Part shown: piece after piece, positions 26,744 through 37,606 of the stretch | How positions within the stretch are numbered: position 1 is the first letter of the stretch | Layout of the letters: each line of letters begins with the position of its first letter | Virus record (IMG/VR): IMGVR_UViG_2585427766_000015 | DNA from: a virus | Lineage: Duplodnaviria > Heunggongvirae > Uroviricota > Caudoviricetes | DNA: 37,937 bases | Reading direction: 5' to 3' (one strand) | The notes under the pieces: generated by a model | The model's database searches: none | The model's input: only the letters and a program-made list of their open reading frames with translations | Told to the model about the DNA's origin: nothing | Translations under genes and position numbers: made by a program

Positions 26744-27099
26744 TGGCCCGTATCGGGGGAACCTGTTATTTCAAAATTGACGGTCAGCAGCTATCGCTGA
26801 CCGGCGGCATTGAGGTGCCCATGAACAGGACGGTCAATGATGACATCATCGGCCTGGACGGTTCAGTGGACCGCAAGGAAACTCACCGTGCGCCCTATGT
26901 CAAAGGGACCTTCAAGGTGCCGAAGAATTTTCCGGTGAGCAAAATCACCTCGTCTGATGAGATGACCATCACTGCCGAGCTGGCGAACGGTCAGGTCTAT
27001 GTACTGTCGTCTGCCTGGCTGCACGGCGAAGCGAACCATAATGCCGAAGAAGGCACGGTTGATCTTGAGTTCCACGGTGAAGAAGGGGATTACCAGTGA
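26743..27099 (+). CDS. Tail tube protein, 118 aa
   Basis: Size and position after the sheath. Confidence 0.7.
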   Translation: MARIGGTCYFKIDGQQLSLTGGIEVPMNRTVNDDIIGLDGSVDRKETHRAPYVKGTFKVPKNFPVSKITSSDEMTITAELANGQVYVLSSAWLHGEANHNAEEGTVDLEFHGEEGDYQ

Positions 27100-27419
27100 T
27101 TGAGCTTGTACTTAAAAAACCGATCATCGCCCACAAAGAAACACTGCATGTGCTGGAAATACGTGAGCCTACGTATGACGAGATTGAGGCGCTGGGGTTC
27201 CCTTTCTCTGTTTCACCTGATGGTGGTATGAAAATGGACAGTCAGGTAGCGCTGAAATATATCCCGCTTCTGGCCGGGATCCCGCGCTCGTCTGCAGCGC
27301 AGATGACGAAGCTGGATATTTTCAAGGCAGGCATGATTGTAATGCGTTTTTTTACCGGCTTGGAGACGGAAGAGACCTCCGGAAGCGATTCTACAATGTC
27401 GCGTGGTTCTGGAAATTAA
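27096..27419 (+). CDS. Tail assembly chaperone, 107 aa (with likely -1 frameshift extension to 27511)
   Basis: Position before the tape measure; T7 slippery run at 27347-27353 with the -1 frame open to 27511. Confidence 0.6.
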   Translation: MIELVLKKPIIAHKETLHVLEIREPTYDEIEALGFPFSVSPDGGMKMDSQVALKYIPLLAGIPRSSAAQMTKLDIFKAGMIVMRFFTGLETEETSGSDSTMSRGSGN

Positions 27420-27503
27420 ACCCCCTTGAACTTCGCCGGACGGCTATTTCCCACTTTGCTGATCTGGAGGCAGAGGCCGTCCGTATAAATGAGGAGATGA
27501 AGC

Positions 27504-29426
27504 ATGGCTGATAATTTTCAGCTGAAAGCCATCATCACCGCCGTTGACAGGCTGTCCGGCCCGCTTAAAGGTATGCAGCGTCAGCTTAAGGGGTTTCAGA
27601 AAGAAGTCTCCAGCCTTGCTCTGGGCGCTGCCGGGGCGGGTACTGCAATAATGGGGGCACTGGCACTCCCTGTAAAATCAGCCATCACCCTTGAATCGAA
27701 GATGGCTGATGTCCGCAAAGTGGTGGACGGTCTGGATACGCCGGATGCGTTTAAGGCCATGACGGAGCAGGTACGCGCTTTGTCTACTGAGCTTCCCATG
27801 TCTGCAGACGGGATCGCGGAAATTGTGGCGGCTGGCGGTCAGGCCGGGATTGCACGTGATGAACTGATGCAGTTTGCCACTGATGCGGTGAAGATGGGCG
27901 TGGCCTTTGATACAACGGCTGAAGAGTCCGGGCAGATGATGGCCCAGTGGCGTACTGCGTTTAATATGACGCAGGATGAAGTGGCCGGGCTGGCTGACAA
28001 AATCAACTACCTTGGTAATACCGGCCCGGCGAATGCGAAGAAAATCTCCGATATTGTTACGCGTATTGGTCCTTTAGGTGGTGTTGCAGGTGTGGCTTCC
28101 GGCGAAATCGCGGCAATGGGGGCAACCATTGCCGGGATGGGCGTGGAGTCAGAAATTGCCGCCACAGGGATCAAGAACTTCATGCTTTCCCTGACCGCGG
28201 GAAATTCCGCGACAAAATCGCAGAAACAGGCATTACGTTTTCTGCGGATCAATCCGAAGAAATTAGCTGCTGATATGCAGAAAGATGCCCGGGGAACCAT
28301 GCTGTCTGTACTGGATGCGATGGCTAAAGTGCCCAAAGAAAAACAGGCAGCTGTGCTGAATGCCCTGTTCGGGAAAGAGTCTCTGGGCGCGATAGCACCT
28401 CTGCTGACTAACCTTGATTTGTTGCGTACCAACTTCAGGCGGGTTGCGGATTCCCAGCAGTATGGCAGTTCGATGCAGAAGGAATATGCTTCGAGGGCAG
28501 CGACGACGGAAAACCAGCTTTTACTTCTGCAAAATCAACTTGATGCCATTTCTTCCACGCTGGGGGAAACGTTTCTTCCTGAGGTTAATGATGGTCTTGA
28601 AGCGGTAAAACCGCTCCTTGAGGAAGTGAGAACGTTTGTCCGTGAAAACCCGGAGCTCGTTAAGACCATTGCTAAAATCGGTCTGGCCTTACTGACGGTG
28701 GGAGCCGCTGCAGGCTCTTTGTCCAGAATTATGAAAGTTCTCGGCGGTGTGATGAATATGACGCCTGCTAAGGGGCTGATTGCTCTTCTGGTTGGTGGCG
28801 CTTACCTCATTATTGATAACTGGGAAACCGTAGGCCCTGTCATAAAAAAAGTCTGGCACGTGGTGGATGAAACGGCGCAGGCGATGGGGGGATGGGAAAC
28901 TGTTCTGAAAGCGATTGCCCTGTTTATGGCAACCAAATGGGTTGCTGACGTTACCAAATCCATTACCGCAGTGACCAGAGAGATGCGTACGCTGGGGAAG
29001 GTATCGGCAGAAACGGGATTGATGGGGAAAGGCCGCGGCTTTATCGGGAAGGCCGGGGTATATGGTTTTCTGGGAACCCTGATGTATGAGCCGGTTAAAG
29101 ATACTCTGGAAAGTGTTGTTCCTGAAGATACGGTTAACTGGCTGGATAATAAAGGGCTGTTTCTGGCTTCAGACTGGACGCCTTTTTTTGATCGTAAAGA
29201 GTACGAGCAGTATCAGGCCAGCCTGAGCCAGTACAAACCCAATGTTCCGCTGTTGAATCCATCTTCTTCCATGACACAGCACAGCGAGCTGAAAGTCACG
29301 TTCGAGAATGCTCCGCCAGGTATGAAGATAATTGATGTACCGGGCAAAGCCGATCCCCTGATGAAAATCACGCACGATGTGGGGTATTCCCCTTTTCGTT
29401 TTCCACGAGAACGCAGTTCTTTTTGA
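27504..29426 (+). CDS. Tail tape measure protein, 640 aa
   Basis: Long Ala/Gly-rich helical protein with hydrophobic segments, in tape-measure position. Confidence 0.85.
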   Translation: MADNFQLKAIITAVDRLSGPLKGMQRQLKGFQKEVSSLALGAAGAGTAIMGALALPVKSAITLESKMADVRKVVDGLDTPDAFKAMTEQVRALSTELPMSADGIAEIVAAGGQAGIARDELMQFATDAVKMGVAFDTTAEESGQMMAQWRTAFNMTQDEVAGLADKINYLGNTGPANAKKISDIVTRIGPLGGVAGVASGEIAAMGATIAGMGVESEIAATGIKNFMLSLTAGNSATKSQKQALRFLRINPKKLAADMQKDARGTMLSVLDAMAKVPKEKQAAVLNALFGKESLGAIAPLLTNLDLLRTNFRRVADSQQYGSSMQKEYASRAATTENQLLLLQNQLDAISSTLGETFLPEVNDGLEAVKPLLEEVRTFVRENPELVKTIAKIGLALLTVGAAAGSLSRIMKVLGGVMNMTPAKGLIALLVGGAYLIIDNWETVGPVIKKVWHVVDETAQAMGGWETVLKAIALFMATKWVADVTKSITAVTREMRTLGKVSAETGLMGKGRGFIGKAGVYGFLGTLMYEPVKDTLESVVPEDTVNWLDNKGLFLASDWTPFFDRKEYEQYQASLSQYKPNVPLLNPSSSMTQHSELKVTFENAPPGMKIIDVPGKADPLMKITHDVGYSPFRFPRERSSF

Positions 29427-29435
29427 GGTCAGTCT

Positions 29436-30812
29436 ATGGATTTATCCTCATTTCCCACCCGACCTTCATTACTTTCGTCGTCTTCAGGCTGGCGTGACAG
29501 ACTTCAGGAGGCGTCATTTCGCGGCGTGTCGTTTAAGGTTGAAGAAGAAAGTGCGGGAACCGGTCGCCGTGTGGAAACACATGAATACCCGAACCGCGAC
29601 AAACCCTATACCGAAGACCTGGGGAAAATCACTTTTTGCCCGTCCATCACGGCTTATGTGGTGGGAGATGACTGCTTTGACCAGCGCGATCGCCTGATTG
29701 ACGCGCTGAATAAACCCGGTCCCGGCACGCTTGTCCATCCGACATACGGTGAGCTGAAAGTCTGTGTTGACGGAGAAGTTCGGGTCAGCACATCGAAAAG
29801 TGAAGGGCGTATTGTCCGCTTTGACCTGAAGTTTGTCGAAGCGGGAGAACTCTCTTACCCCACATCAGGTGCGGCGACGGCGCAGACGCTGATGTCATCC
29901 TGTTCTGCACTGGATGACTGCATCAGTGACAGCTTCAGCGGTTTCAGTATCGATGGCGTGGCGGATTTTGTGCAGAACGACGTCGTTGGTAATGCCGGCA
30001 CAATGCTTGGGTATATTTCTGATGCGATGAAAGTGGTGGATTCTGCCGTATCGGATGCTGCCAGGCTGTTGCAGGGGGATATCTCGGTACTTCTGCCGCC
30101 ACCATCGTCAGGCAAAAATTTCGTTGAGCAGGTGCAGAAAATGTGGCGTACCGGGAAACGCCTTTATGGTAACGCCAGCGACCTGGTCACCATGATCAAA
30201 ACGCTTTCCGGTGTCAGCCTCGGCAGCGATCTGCAACCGCGCGGCGTCTGGAAAACGGACAGTAAAACCACCGCCACGGCGACGCAGCAGCGTAATGTGG
30301 TTGCCAGCACTCTTCGTACGACCGCAATCAGCGAAGCGGCGTATGCCGTCACCCGATTGCCTGCGCCAACAACTTCCGCGGTGATGCAGAATTCCGCAGT
30401 GGGGCAGGCAACAACACCTGCGCAGAGCACTGGTTGGCCTTCCGTCACGCATCCGGCACTGAACAATGCACCGGCGGTGAAAAACACGGTTGACCTGCCA
30501 ACGTGGGAAGAACTGACCGACATTCGCGACACACTGAATACGGCAATTGATAAGGAGTTGTCCCGTACAACCAGTGATGCGCTGTTTCTGGCGCTGCGCC
30601 GGGTGAAAGCAGATCTGAATGCGGATATCAACACGCGCCTTGAACAGTCTGCACGGATCATTCAGCGCACGCCGGATGAGGTTTTACCCGCGCTGGTGCT
30701 GGCGGCGACCTGGTTTGATAACGCGGCGCGTGACGCGGACATTATCCGGCGTAATGCCATTACGCATCCTGGCTTTGTGCCGGTGATCCCTCTGAAGGTG
30801 CCAGTGCAATGA
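29436..30812 (+). CDS. DNA circulation protein (Mu gpN-like), 458 aa
   Basis: N-terminal WRDRLQEASFRGVSFKVEE motif typical of Mu N-like proteins. Confidence 0.75.
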   Translation: MDLSSFPTRPSLLSSSSGWRDRLQEASFRGVSFKVEEESAGTGRRVETHEYPNRDKPYTEDLGKITFCPSITAYVVGDDCFDQRDRLIDALNKPGPGTLVHPTYGELKVCVDGEVRVSTSKSEGRIVRFDLKFVEAGELSYPTSGAATAQTLMSSCSALDDCISDSFSGFSIDGVADFVQNDVVGNAGTMLGYISDAMKVVDSAVSDAARLLQGDISVLLPPPSSGKNFVEQVQKMWRTGKRLYGNASDLVTMIKTLSGVSLGSDLQPRGVWKTDSKTTATATQQRNVVASTLRTTAISEAAYAVTRLPAPTTSAVMQNSAVGQATTPAQSTGWPSVTHPALNNAPAVKNTVDLPTWEELTDIRDTLNTAIDKELSRTTSDALFLALRRVKADLNADINTRLEQSARIIQRTPDEVLPALVLAATWFDNAARDADIIRRNAITHPGFVPVIPLKVPVQ

Positions 30813-31888
30813 ACGACAATGTCACGCTACGGGTAAATGGCCGGGAGTGGAATGGCTGGACATCGGTGCGCATCGGTGCCGGTATTGAACGGCTGGCGCG
30901 GGATTTCAGTGTGGAGATCACCCGCCAGTGGCCGGGAGATGAGGGTATTACCACGCTTCAGCCGCGCATTAAAAACGGTTCAAAAGTGGAGGTGTTGATT
31001 GGTGATGAGCTGGTGATCACCGGCTGGGTGGAGGCGACGCCCGTTCGTTACGATGCCCGTTCGGTCAGCACCGGTATTGCCGGACGCAGTCTGACCGCTG
31101 ACCTGATTGACTGTGCAGCCGAACCGACACAGTTTAACGGACGATCGCTGGTACAGATTGCGCAGGCGCTTGCTGCGCCTTTCAGCATTGAGGTGGTGAA
31201 CAACGGTGCGCCGTCGGGTGTTATTCCTGATGTCCAGCCTGATCACGGTGAAACGGTGATTGAGGTAATCAACAAAATACTCGGTCAGCAGCAGGCACTG
31301 GCTTACGACGACCCGCACGGCAGGCTGGTGATTGGCGGTATTGGCTCAACGCGGGCACATACTGCGCTGGTACTCGGGGAAAACATCCTTTCCTGCGATA
31401 CGGAGAAGAGTATCCGGGAGCGGTTTTCTGTTTACCAGGTGGCGGGGCAGCGTGCCGGAAACGACGATGATTTCGGTGAGGCCACCACCACCGCGCTGCG
31501 GGCCCGCACAGAGGACGCATTTATTGCCCGTTACCGTCCGATGTATATCAGGCAGACAGGGCAGGCTACGGGGGCAGGCTGTATTGCCCGTGCGGACTTT
31601 GAAGCCCGACAACGGGCGGCGCGGACGGATGAAACCACCTATGTGGTGCAGGGCTGGCGACAGGGTAATGGTACGCTGTGGCAGCCCAACCAGCGGGTGA
31701 TTGTTTTTGATCCGGTCTGTGGTTTCGACAATACCGAACTGCTTGTTTCGGAAGTCACGTTTACTCAGGACCATAACGGCACTCTGACGGAAATCCGTGT
31801 CGGCCCACCTGATGCTTATCTGCCTGAACCCGAAGCCCCCGGCGCGCGGAAAAAGAAAAAAGCCAGAGTACAGGAGGACCCGTTCTGA
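30809..31888 (+). CDS. Baseplate hub/tail protein (Mu gpP-like), 359 aa
   Basis: Gene order in a Mu-like baseplate cluster. Confidence 0.7.
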   Translation: MNDNVTLRVNGREWNGWTSVRIGAGIERLARDFSVEITRQWPGDEGITTLQPRIKNGSKVEVLIGDELVITGWVEATPVRYDARSVSTGIAGRSLTADLIDCAAEPTQFNGRSLVQIAQALAAPFSIEVVNNGAPSGVIPDVQPDHGETVIEVINKILGQQQALAYDDPHGRLVIGGIGSTRAHTALVLGENILSCDTEKSIRERFSVYQVAGQRAGNDDDFGEATTTALRARTEDAFIARYRPMYIRQTGQATGAGCIARADFEARQRAARTDETTYVVQGWRQGNGTLWQPNQRVIVFDPVCGFDNTELLVSEVTFTQDHNGTLTEIRVGPPDAYLPEPEAPGARKKKKARVQEDPF

Positions 31889-32436
31889 TGAGGACGATTG
31901 AAGCCATGCAGCGACAACTCCTCGGCCTGATTGGGCGGGCCGTGGTGAAAAGCATCAGTGCCGCCACGAAATGTCAGACCGTGGATGTGTCCCTGATTGC
32001 CGGTGAACCCAAAGCCGGGGTTGAACATCTTGAACCCTACGGTTTTACCGCAAGGGCAAACAGCGGTGCGGAAGCGGTGGTGTTGTTTCCGGATGGCGAC
32101 CGTTCTCATGCGGTGGTTGTTACGGTGTCGGACCGGCGCTACCGCCTGAAAGGGCTGCAGACGGGTGAGGTGGCTGTCTATGACGATCAGGGGCAGTCCG
32201 TGACGCTGACCCGGGAGGGGATCGTGGTGGACGGTGCTGGTAAAACGATCACGTTTCGCAATTCACCTAAAGCACGTTTTGAAATGGACCTGGAAGTGAC
32301 AGGACAGGTGAAAGACCTGTGCGACTCCGGCGGCACCACCATGTCAGCGATGCGGCTTGCCTATAACGGGCGTCGTCACAGAGAGAACGGTCAGGGCAGT
32401 AACACCGACAAACCTGATAAAGCGATGGAGGCATGA
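31888..32436 (+). CDS. Baseplate assembly protein V (spike, Mu gp45-like), 182 aa
   Basis: Family resemblance and position. Confidence 0.75.
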   Translation: MRTIEAMQRQLLGLIGRAVVKSISAATKCQTVDVSLIAGEPKAGVEHLEPYGFTARANSGAEAVVLFPDGDRSHAVVVTVSDRRYRLKGLQTGEVAVYDDQGQSVTLTREGIVVDGAGKTITFRNSPKARFEMDLEVTGQVKDLCDSGGTTMSAMRLAYNGRRHRENGQGSNTDKPDKAMEA

Positions 32437-32861
32437 TGGAACTGTGGCTGACGGTGAACGGTAAACGCACCTGCGCCAGCGCACAGCTGGATCCGCTGAC
32501 CCGCGCCGTGGTGATTTCCCTGTTTACCTGGCGGCGGGCGGAGCCTGATGACAACGCCGACGTCCCGATGGGATGGTGGGGGGATACCTGGCCTGCGGTA
32601 CAGAATGACCGTTACGGCTCCCGATTGTGGCTGCTTCAGCGCAGCAAACTGACCAATCAGCTGGTGCAGACGGTAAGGGGATATATCCGCGAATGCCTGC
32701 AATGGATGATTGATGACGGCGTAGTGTCCCGTATTGATCTGGATATCCGCCGCACCGGGATTAATGAGCTGGGTAACAGTATCACCCTCTGGCGTCGTGA
32801 CGGACCGGTAATGATTTCTTTTGATGATCTGTGGAGTGCGATAACGCATGGCGGACAGTGA
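32433..32861 (+). CDS. Baseplate protein (Mu gp46-like), 142 aa
   Basis: Position and size. Confidence 0.65.
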   Translation: MMELWLTVNGKRTCASAQLDPLTRAVVISLFTWRRAEPDDNADVPMGWWGDTWPAVQNDRYGSRLWLLQRSKLTNQLVQTVRGYIRECLQWMIDDGVVSRIDLDIRRTGINELGNSITLWRRDGPVMISFDDLWSAITHGGQ

Positions 32862-33906
32862 ATTTCAGCGCCCGACGCTGGCAGAAAATATCAGTATGCT
32901 CCGTAACGATTTATTCGCCAGGCTGGACGTCAGCGACACGCTCCGGCGCATGGATGAAGACGTGCGGGCAAAGGTGTATGCGGCGGCGCTGCATACGGTT
33001 TACGGGTACATCGATTATCTGGCAATGAACATGCTGCCTGACCTGTGCGATGAGTCCTGGCTGGCGCGACATGCTGCGATGAAACGGTGTCCGCGCAAGG
33101 GGGCCACGGCTGCCAGCGGGTATATGCGCTGGGAAGGTGTCAGCGATGGCCTGAAGGTGACCGCCGGGAGTGTTATTCAGCGCGATGACCTGGTTCAGTA
33201 TACTGCAACTGCCGATGCAACCAGCTCCGGTGGTGTCCTGCGCGTGCCGATCGCCTGCTCAAATGCAGGCGCGGTCGGTAACGCTGACGACGGTACGGCA
33301 TTAATCCTGGTCACGCCGGTGAATGGTCTGCCGTCTTCCGGTGTGGCTGACACCCTGACAGGCGGATTTGATACTGAAGAGCTGGAAACGTGGCGCGCCC
33401 GCGTCATTGAGCGGTATTACTGGACGCCGCAGGGCGGGGCTGACGGGGACTATGTCGTCTGGGCTAAAGAAGTGCCCGGCATTACCCGCGCATGGACATA
33501 CCGTCACTGGATGGGAACGGGAACTGTCGGTGTGATGATTGCCAGCAGTGACCTGATTAATCCCATTCCGGAAGAATCAACGGAAACGGCGGCAAGACAA
33601 CATATCGGGCCACTGGCCCCGGTGGCAGGCTCTGATTTGTATGTGTTCAGGCCGGTGGCACATACGGTGGATTTTCATATCCGCGTGACGCCGGACACAC
33701 CGGAAATACGGGCTGCCATCACCGCGGAGTTGCGTTCGTTCCTGCTGCGTGATGGTTATCCGCAGGGAGAACTGAAGGTATCGCGTATCAGTGAGGCGAT
33801 TTCCGGTGCGAACGGGGAATACAGCCATCAGTTGCTTGCACCGGCAGACAATATCTCCATTGCAAAAAATGAACTGGCGGTACTGGGGACGATTTCATGG
33901 ACGTGA
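32848..33906 (+). CDS. Baseplate J-like protein (Mu gp47-like), 352 aa
   Basis: Size, position, family resemblance. Confidence 0.8.
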   Translation: MADSEFQRPTLAENISMLRNDLFARLDVSDTLRRMDEDVRAKVYAAALHTVYGYIDYLAMNMLPDLCDESWLARHAAMKRCPRKGATAASGYMRWEGVSDGLKVTAGSVIQRDDLVQYTATADATSSGGVLRVPIACSNAGAVGNADDGTALILVTPVNGLPSSGVADTLTGGFDTEELETWRARVIERYYWTPQGGADGDYVVWAKEVPGITRAWTYRHWMGTGTVGVMIASSDLINPIPEESTETAARQHIGPLAPVAGSDLYVFRPVAHTVDFHIRVTPDTPEIRAAITAELRSFLLRDGYPQGELKVSRISEAISGANGEYSHQLLAPADNISIAKNELAVLGTISWT

Positions 33907-34481
33907 CAAACGATGATTACATCCGTCTGTTGTCGGCACTGTTGCCCCCCGGTCCGGCGTGGTCAGCCAGCGATCCGTCGATTGCCGGTGCGGCACCGTC
34001 ATTAACCCGCGTTCATCAGCGTGCGGATGCCCTGATGCGGGAGCTGGATCCGCGCACCACCACTGAACTGATAAACCGCTGGGAGCGTCTGTGCGGTCTG
34101 CCGGGTGAATGTATTCCCGCAGGGACACAGACCCTTCGCCAGCGTCAGCAACGGCTGGATGCGAAGGTTAACCTGGCGGGCGGCATCAACGAGAATTTTT
34201 ATCTTGCACAGCTTGCTGCCCTGGGCAGACCAGACGCTACCATCAAGCGATACGACAAAAGCACGTTCACCTGCTCATCGGCCTGTACTGACGCGGTGAA
34301 TGCGCCGGAATGGCGGTATTACTGGCAGGTCAACATGCCAGCCGCCACAAACACCACCTGGATGACATGTGGCGATCCCTGTGATTCCGCGCTGCGTATC
34401 TGGGGCGACACCGTTGTCGAATGTGTGCTTAACAAACTCTGCCCGTCGCATACCTACGTAATTTTTAAATATCCGGAGTAA
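33897..34481 (+). CDS. Tail protein (Mu gp48/DUF2313-like), 194 aa
   Basis: Position after the J-like protein, before the fibre. Confidence 0.65.
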   Translation: MDVTNDDYIRLLSALLPPGPAWSASDPSIAGAAPSLTRVHQRADALMRELDPRTTTELINRWERLCGLPGECIPAGTQTLRQRQQRLDAKVNLAGGINENFYLAQLAALGRPDATIKRYDKSTFTCSSACTDAVNAPEWRYYWQVNMPAATNTTWMTCGDPCDSALRIWGDTVVECVLNKLCPSHTYVIFKYPE

Positions 34482-34484
34482 TCC

Positions 34485-35546
34485 ATGCATCGTATAGACA
34501 CGAAAACCGCGCAGAAGGATAAGTTCGGCGCGGGTAAGAACGGTTTTACCCGTGGTAACCCACAGACTGGCACACCTGCCACCGATCTGGATGATGACTA
34601 CTTTGATATGTTGCAGGAAGAACTCTGCAGCGTGGTGGAGGCATCCGGTGCCAGCCTGGAGAAGGGGCGAAACGACCAGTTGCTTACCGCGCTTCGTGCG
34701 CTGCTGTTAAGTCGTAAAAATCCGTTTGGCGATATCAAATCGGATGGCACTGTGCAAACGGCTCTCGAAAACCTGCAATTGAGAGAATCATTTTCTGGCG
34801 TTGTTGGGCAATCGCGAAATGCCAGAATGTTAGTGGCTGCCGCGAGTGTTACAGCGACATTTTCAGCCGATGAGTTGATTGTTGAAGATGGTGATGGACG
34901 CCAGTATCGATTGAGTAATTTCAATAAATCTGTAGATCTGATGAATACTGGGGCTGGTGGTATGGATACGGGGACAGTGCCGGAAACAGGATTTGTTGCT
35001 TTGTATGCGATTTATAATCCGACTACTTATATGTCGTCATTGCTTGCGGTAAACGCAACCACCGCTGGATTGCCAGAGATTTATGGTGGTTCGGCATTAC
35101 CTCATGGCTATACTGCCAGCGCACTGGTAAGTGTTTGGGGTATTTCAAAATCAAAATTCAAAACTGGAATGCAACATGGGCGGGTAATTAACACTGACCG
35201 TCAGATAGCAATAACAACAACCGCAAAAATAAACAATCTAACTGAGTTATCTATTGCCTCGATTGTTCCAAAAAATGCAAGAAAAGTGAGCGGCTATGGT
35301 TCTATCTATGCAACATCAGGTGATGAGAAATCGGGCGGTTTAATTATAGATGTCGCATCCACCAGTAGTGGTGTTGGACGCGTATCAATCGGTGGGTATG
35401 TTGGGAATTATGGTATAGGGGTTTATGGTCAGTTTACAGAATTATTGCTATCAACCCCGCAATCAATTTTTTATGACGTGAATCCAGACGGCACATCAAT
35501 CACGGAGTTTTCTGCATCATTATTTATCAGTGGGTATACGATATGA
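34485..35546 (+). CDS. Tail fibre protein, 353 aa
   Basis: Conserved fibre N-terminus ([47 protein letters not shown]) with divergent, lower-GC C-terminal region. Confidence 0.7.
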   Translation: MHRIDTKTAQKDKFGAGKNGFTRGNPQTGTPATDLDDDYFDMLQEELCSVVEASGASLEKGRNDQLLTALRALLLSRKNPFGDIKSDGTVQTALENLQLRESFSGVVGQSRNARMLVAAASVTATFSADELIVEDGDGRQYRLSNFNKSVDLMNTGAGGMDTGTVPETGFVALYAIYNPTTYMSSLLAVNATTAGLPEIYGGSALPHGYTASALVSVWGISKSKFKTGMQHGRVINTDRQIAITTTAKINNLTELSIASIVPKNARKVSGYGSIYATSGDEKSGGLIIDVASTSSGVGRVSIGGYVGNYGIGVYGQFTELLLSTPQSIFYDVNPDGTSITEFSASLFISGYTI

Positions 35547-35707
35547 TTTATGCCGAATTAACACCAGATGAAAAGTCAATTGTTGCATTGTTCTCATGTG
35601 AGCAAGAAAATACTACGCAGATTCATAAAAATGATGTGCGCTATATTGAGTTTTATAACCTACAACCAAAGTTCATTCAGAAGCTACTGCCTACACCGGC
35701 GGTATAA
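35543..35707 (+). CDS. Hypothetical small ORF after tail fibre, 54 aa
   Basis: ATG overlapping the fibre stop; AT-rich; below the track cutoff; weak. Confidence 0.25.
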   Translation: MIYAELTPDEKSIVALFSCEQENTTQIHKNDVRYIEFYNLQPKFIQKLLPTPAV

Positions 35708-36065
35708 GGAACATGCCAATGACTGACTTGTTTCCCGGAGGCATAGTCCTGGCGGGATTTGATGTATCAACGCGCATCAGCAGATATTGAATAGCACGAT
35801 ATGCTTGTATAGGGAATTCTATCAGATATAATTGATGAGGCTGAACTGTGACACACAAAACGTTGCACTGGAATGTAATGTTTTGAATGCTTCTATGTTG
35901 AGGATGTAACGTGGTTTGAACTATTTACAGTATATATGATTATTCTACATATTGATGTCGATATGTATGAATGTTTTTATAAGTGAAGTGCATGCGAATA
36001 ATTCGCAATATGATTAGAGTCAATGTAATAGTTATTGACTCTAATTTATTACAAAATAACTTTAT

Positions 36066-37133
36066 TTAATGAAATTTAGTTCGGATGAATTGTTGCGATG
36101 GTTTTTCAATGAGTATATATGACATATAGCTAATTGCTATTAATGTAAGCATGAACAAAATGAATACATTGGGGCTGTAAAAAATATCGCGTCCATAGCC
36201 AATCTTGTCAGCTAAATAAACAACAATGATTTGCAAAGGAAAATGTAAAAGATAAGATGAATAACTGATATCACCCAACCATTCAATTTTCTTCCCAAAA
36301 TCGTTTCGTATTGCGCTAATTGATACAAGGAAAAAGATTATGGAGGTAAATCCGAATAAGATAATTGAGAATATGTCTGCTACTTGCAGGGTAAAAATAA
36401 ATCCCCATGAGATCAATAGAAAAACACAAGCAAAAATAAAAAATAATTTTGCACCAATATTTTTTATGACCGCAATCGTAATTTTATAGGTCAGGCCACC
36501 AATAAAGAAAGAGAATGCGCCAATCATTATGGGATTGTTAATTTTGAAAAAGTAGTACGACAATGCAACTATTAAAATTGATATGAATGTTGTTTTTGAT
36601 GTGAACTTGCATAATATAAAAAATATCATGTACATAAGTACTTCAATCGACACGGACCATGTCGGGGCGTTGAAGGACCAACCTCGCTCAAATCCCCATG
36701 ATTGAATCATCAATAAATTCAGAATGGCATGGTAAATGTCATTCATAGGATAAACAAAAAAATAATTATGACTTTTAAAGAAAATAATTTGTAATATTGC
36801 CACGACAGCAAATGTAAATATGTAAAGTGGATATAATCTACTGACACGGTTAACTATAAAAGTTTTTGCTGAGGTTTTATTGCTGTGTATGTTGTCAGCG
36901 TATAGATAAAAAAATATGAATCCAGAAATCATAAAAAACAATTCGACAGCATATAAACCGTAATGATAAAAGACGGAAAAAAATTCATAAAAAGGTTGGC
37001 GGTTTATGATTATGTCAGATGCAGCATTCTTTTTCATAAAAAAATGTTGCCAATGCCATAACACAACGGAAAGTGCGGCAAATCCTCTCAGAACATCCAG
37101 GGTATATATTCTCTTCCCAAAAACATTCGTCAC
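36066..37133 (-). CDS. Acyltransferase family 3 integral membrane protein (putative O-antigen/cell-surface polysaccharide acetyltransferase), 355 aa
   Basis: Multi-pass membrane protein with acyltransferase_3 hallmarks (LDVLRGFAALSVVLWH); very low GC; opposite orientation at the tail-fibre end of the prophage. Confidence 0.85.
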   Translation of the reverse strand: MTNVFGKRIYTLDVLRGFAALSVVLWHWQHFFMKKNAASDIIINRQPFYEFFSVFYHYGLYAVELFFMISGFIFFYLYADNIHSNKTSAKTFIVNRVSRLYPLYIFTFAVVAILQIIFFKSHNYFFVYPMNDIYHAILNLLMIQSWGFERGWSFNAPTWSVSIEVLMYMIFFILCKFTSKTTFISILIVALSYYFFKINNPIMIGAFSFFIGGLTYKITIAVIKNIGAKLFFIFACVFLLISWGFIFTLQVADIFSIILFGFTSIIFFLVSISAIRNDFGKKIEWLGDISYSSYLLHFPLQIIVVYLADKIGYGRDIFYSPNVFILFMLTLIAISYMSYILIEKPSQQFIRTKFH

Positions 37134-37606
37134 AACGAACCTCTTTTAATAAAGTCAAGTGATAATGAAAGATAAATATTGTAAACGAAAAAACACTGGA
37201 CTGGAACATATATCTCTGCCTGTAATTTAACCAAGATAATTTTACTAACGCAGTCATAATTCGTTCATGTATACCAGATGAAAGTACATGTTCTATGAAA
37301 TAGGGTTTTGCCTGGAGTTTGAAGGTTTTTAACGATTATACCTGTTTAATCGACTCCCCATGTTTTTTGACATTATCCACCGCACACGATACTGGATGCC
37401 AGGTAAACTGATTTGCTGGCATAAAGTCACTGAGAATTTTTTACCAACAATATCTTGCCACATCTTTTCCCGCACAGTTTCGGCAATAGAATCAGCGGGC
37501 AGCGGTCATCAATATTCACCAGACATTGATCTGCCGCACTATCTGACCGGTGTCCTGCTGAGAATACTAATTTCTTTTTTTGCAAGTGCTGTCCAATCAT
37601 GATTGG

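Larger units (their letters stand above)
1445..37606. mobile_element. Integrated mosaic temperate prophage (int/xis, immunity, replication, lysis, HK97-type head, Mu-like contractile tail); right boundary not resolved in window
   Basis: Continuous block of phage modules in canonical order starting at the tRNA; attR not identified; IS1 begins at 37607. Confidence 0.85.

Noticed and set aside
37360-37602. 80-aa ORF upstream of IS1
   Set aside because: No ribosome-binding site, unnatural composition, located in a probable gene remnant; not called as a CDS.
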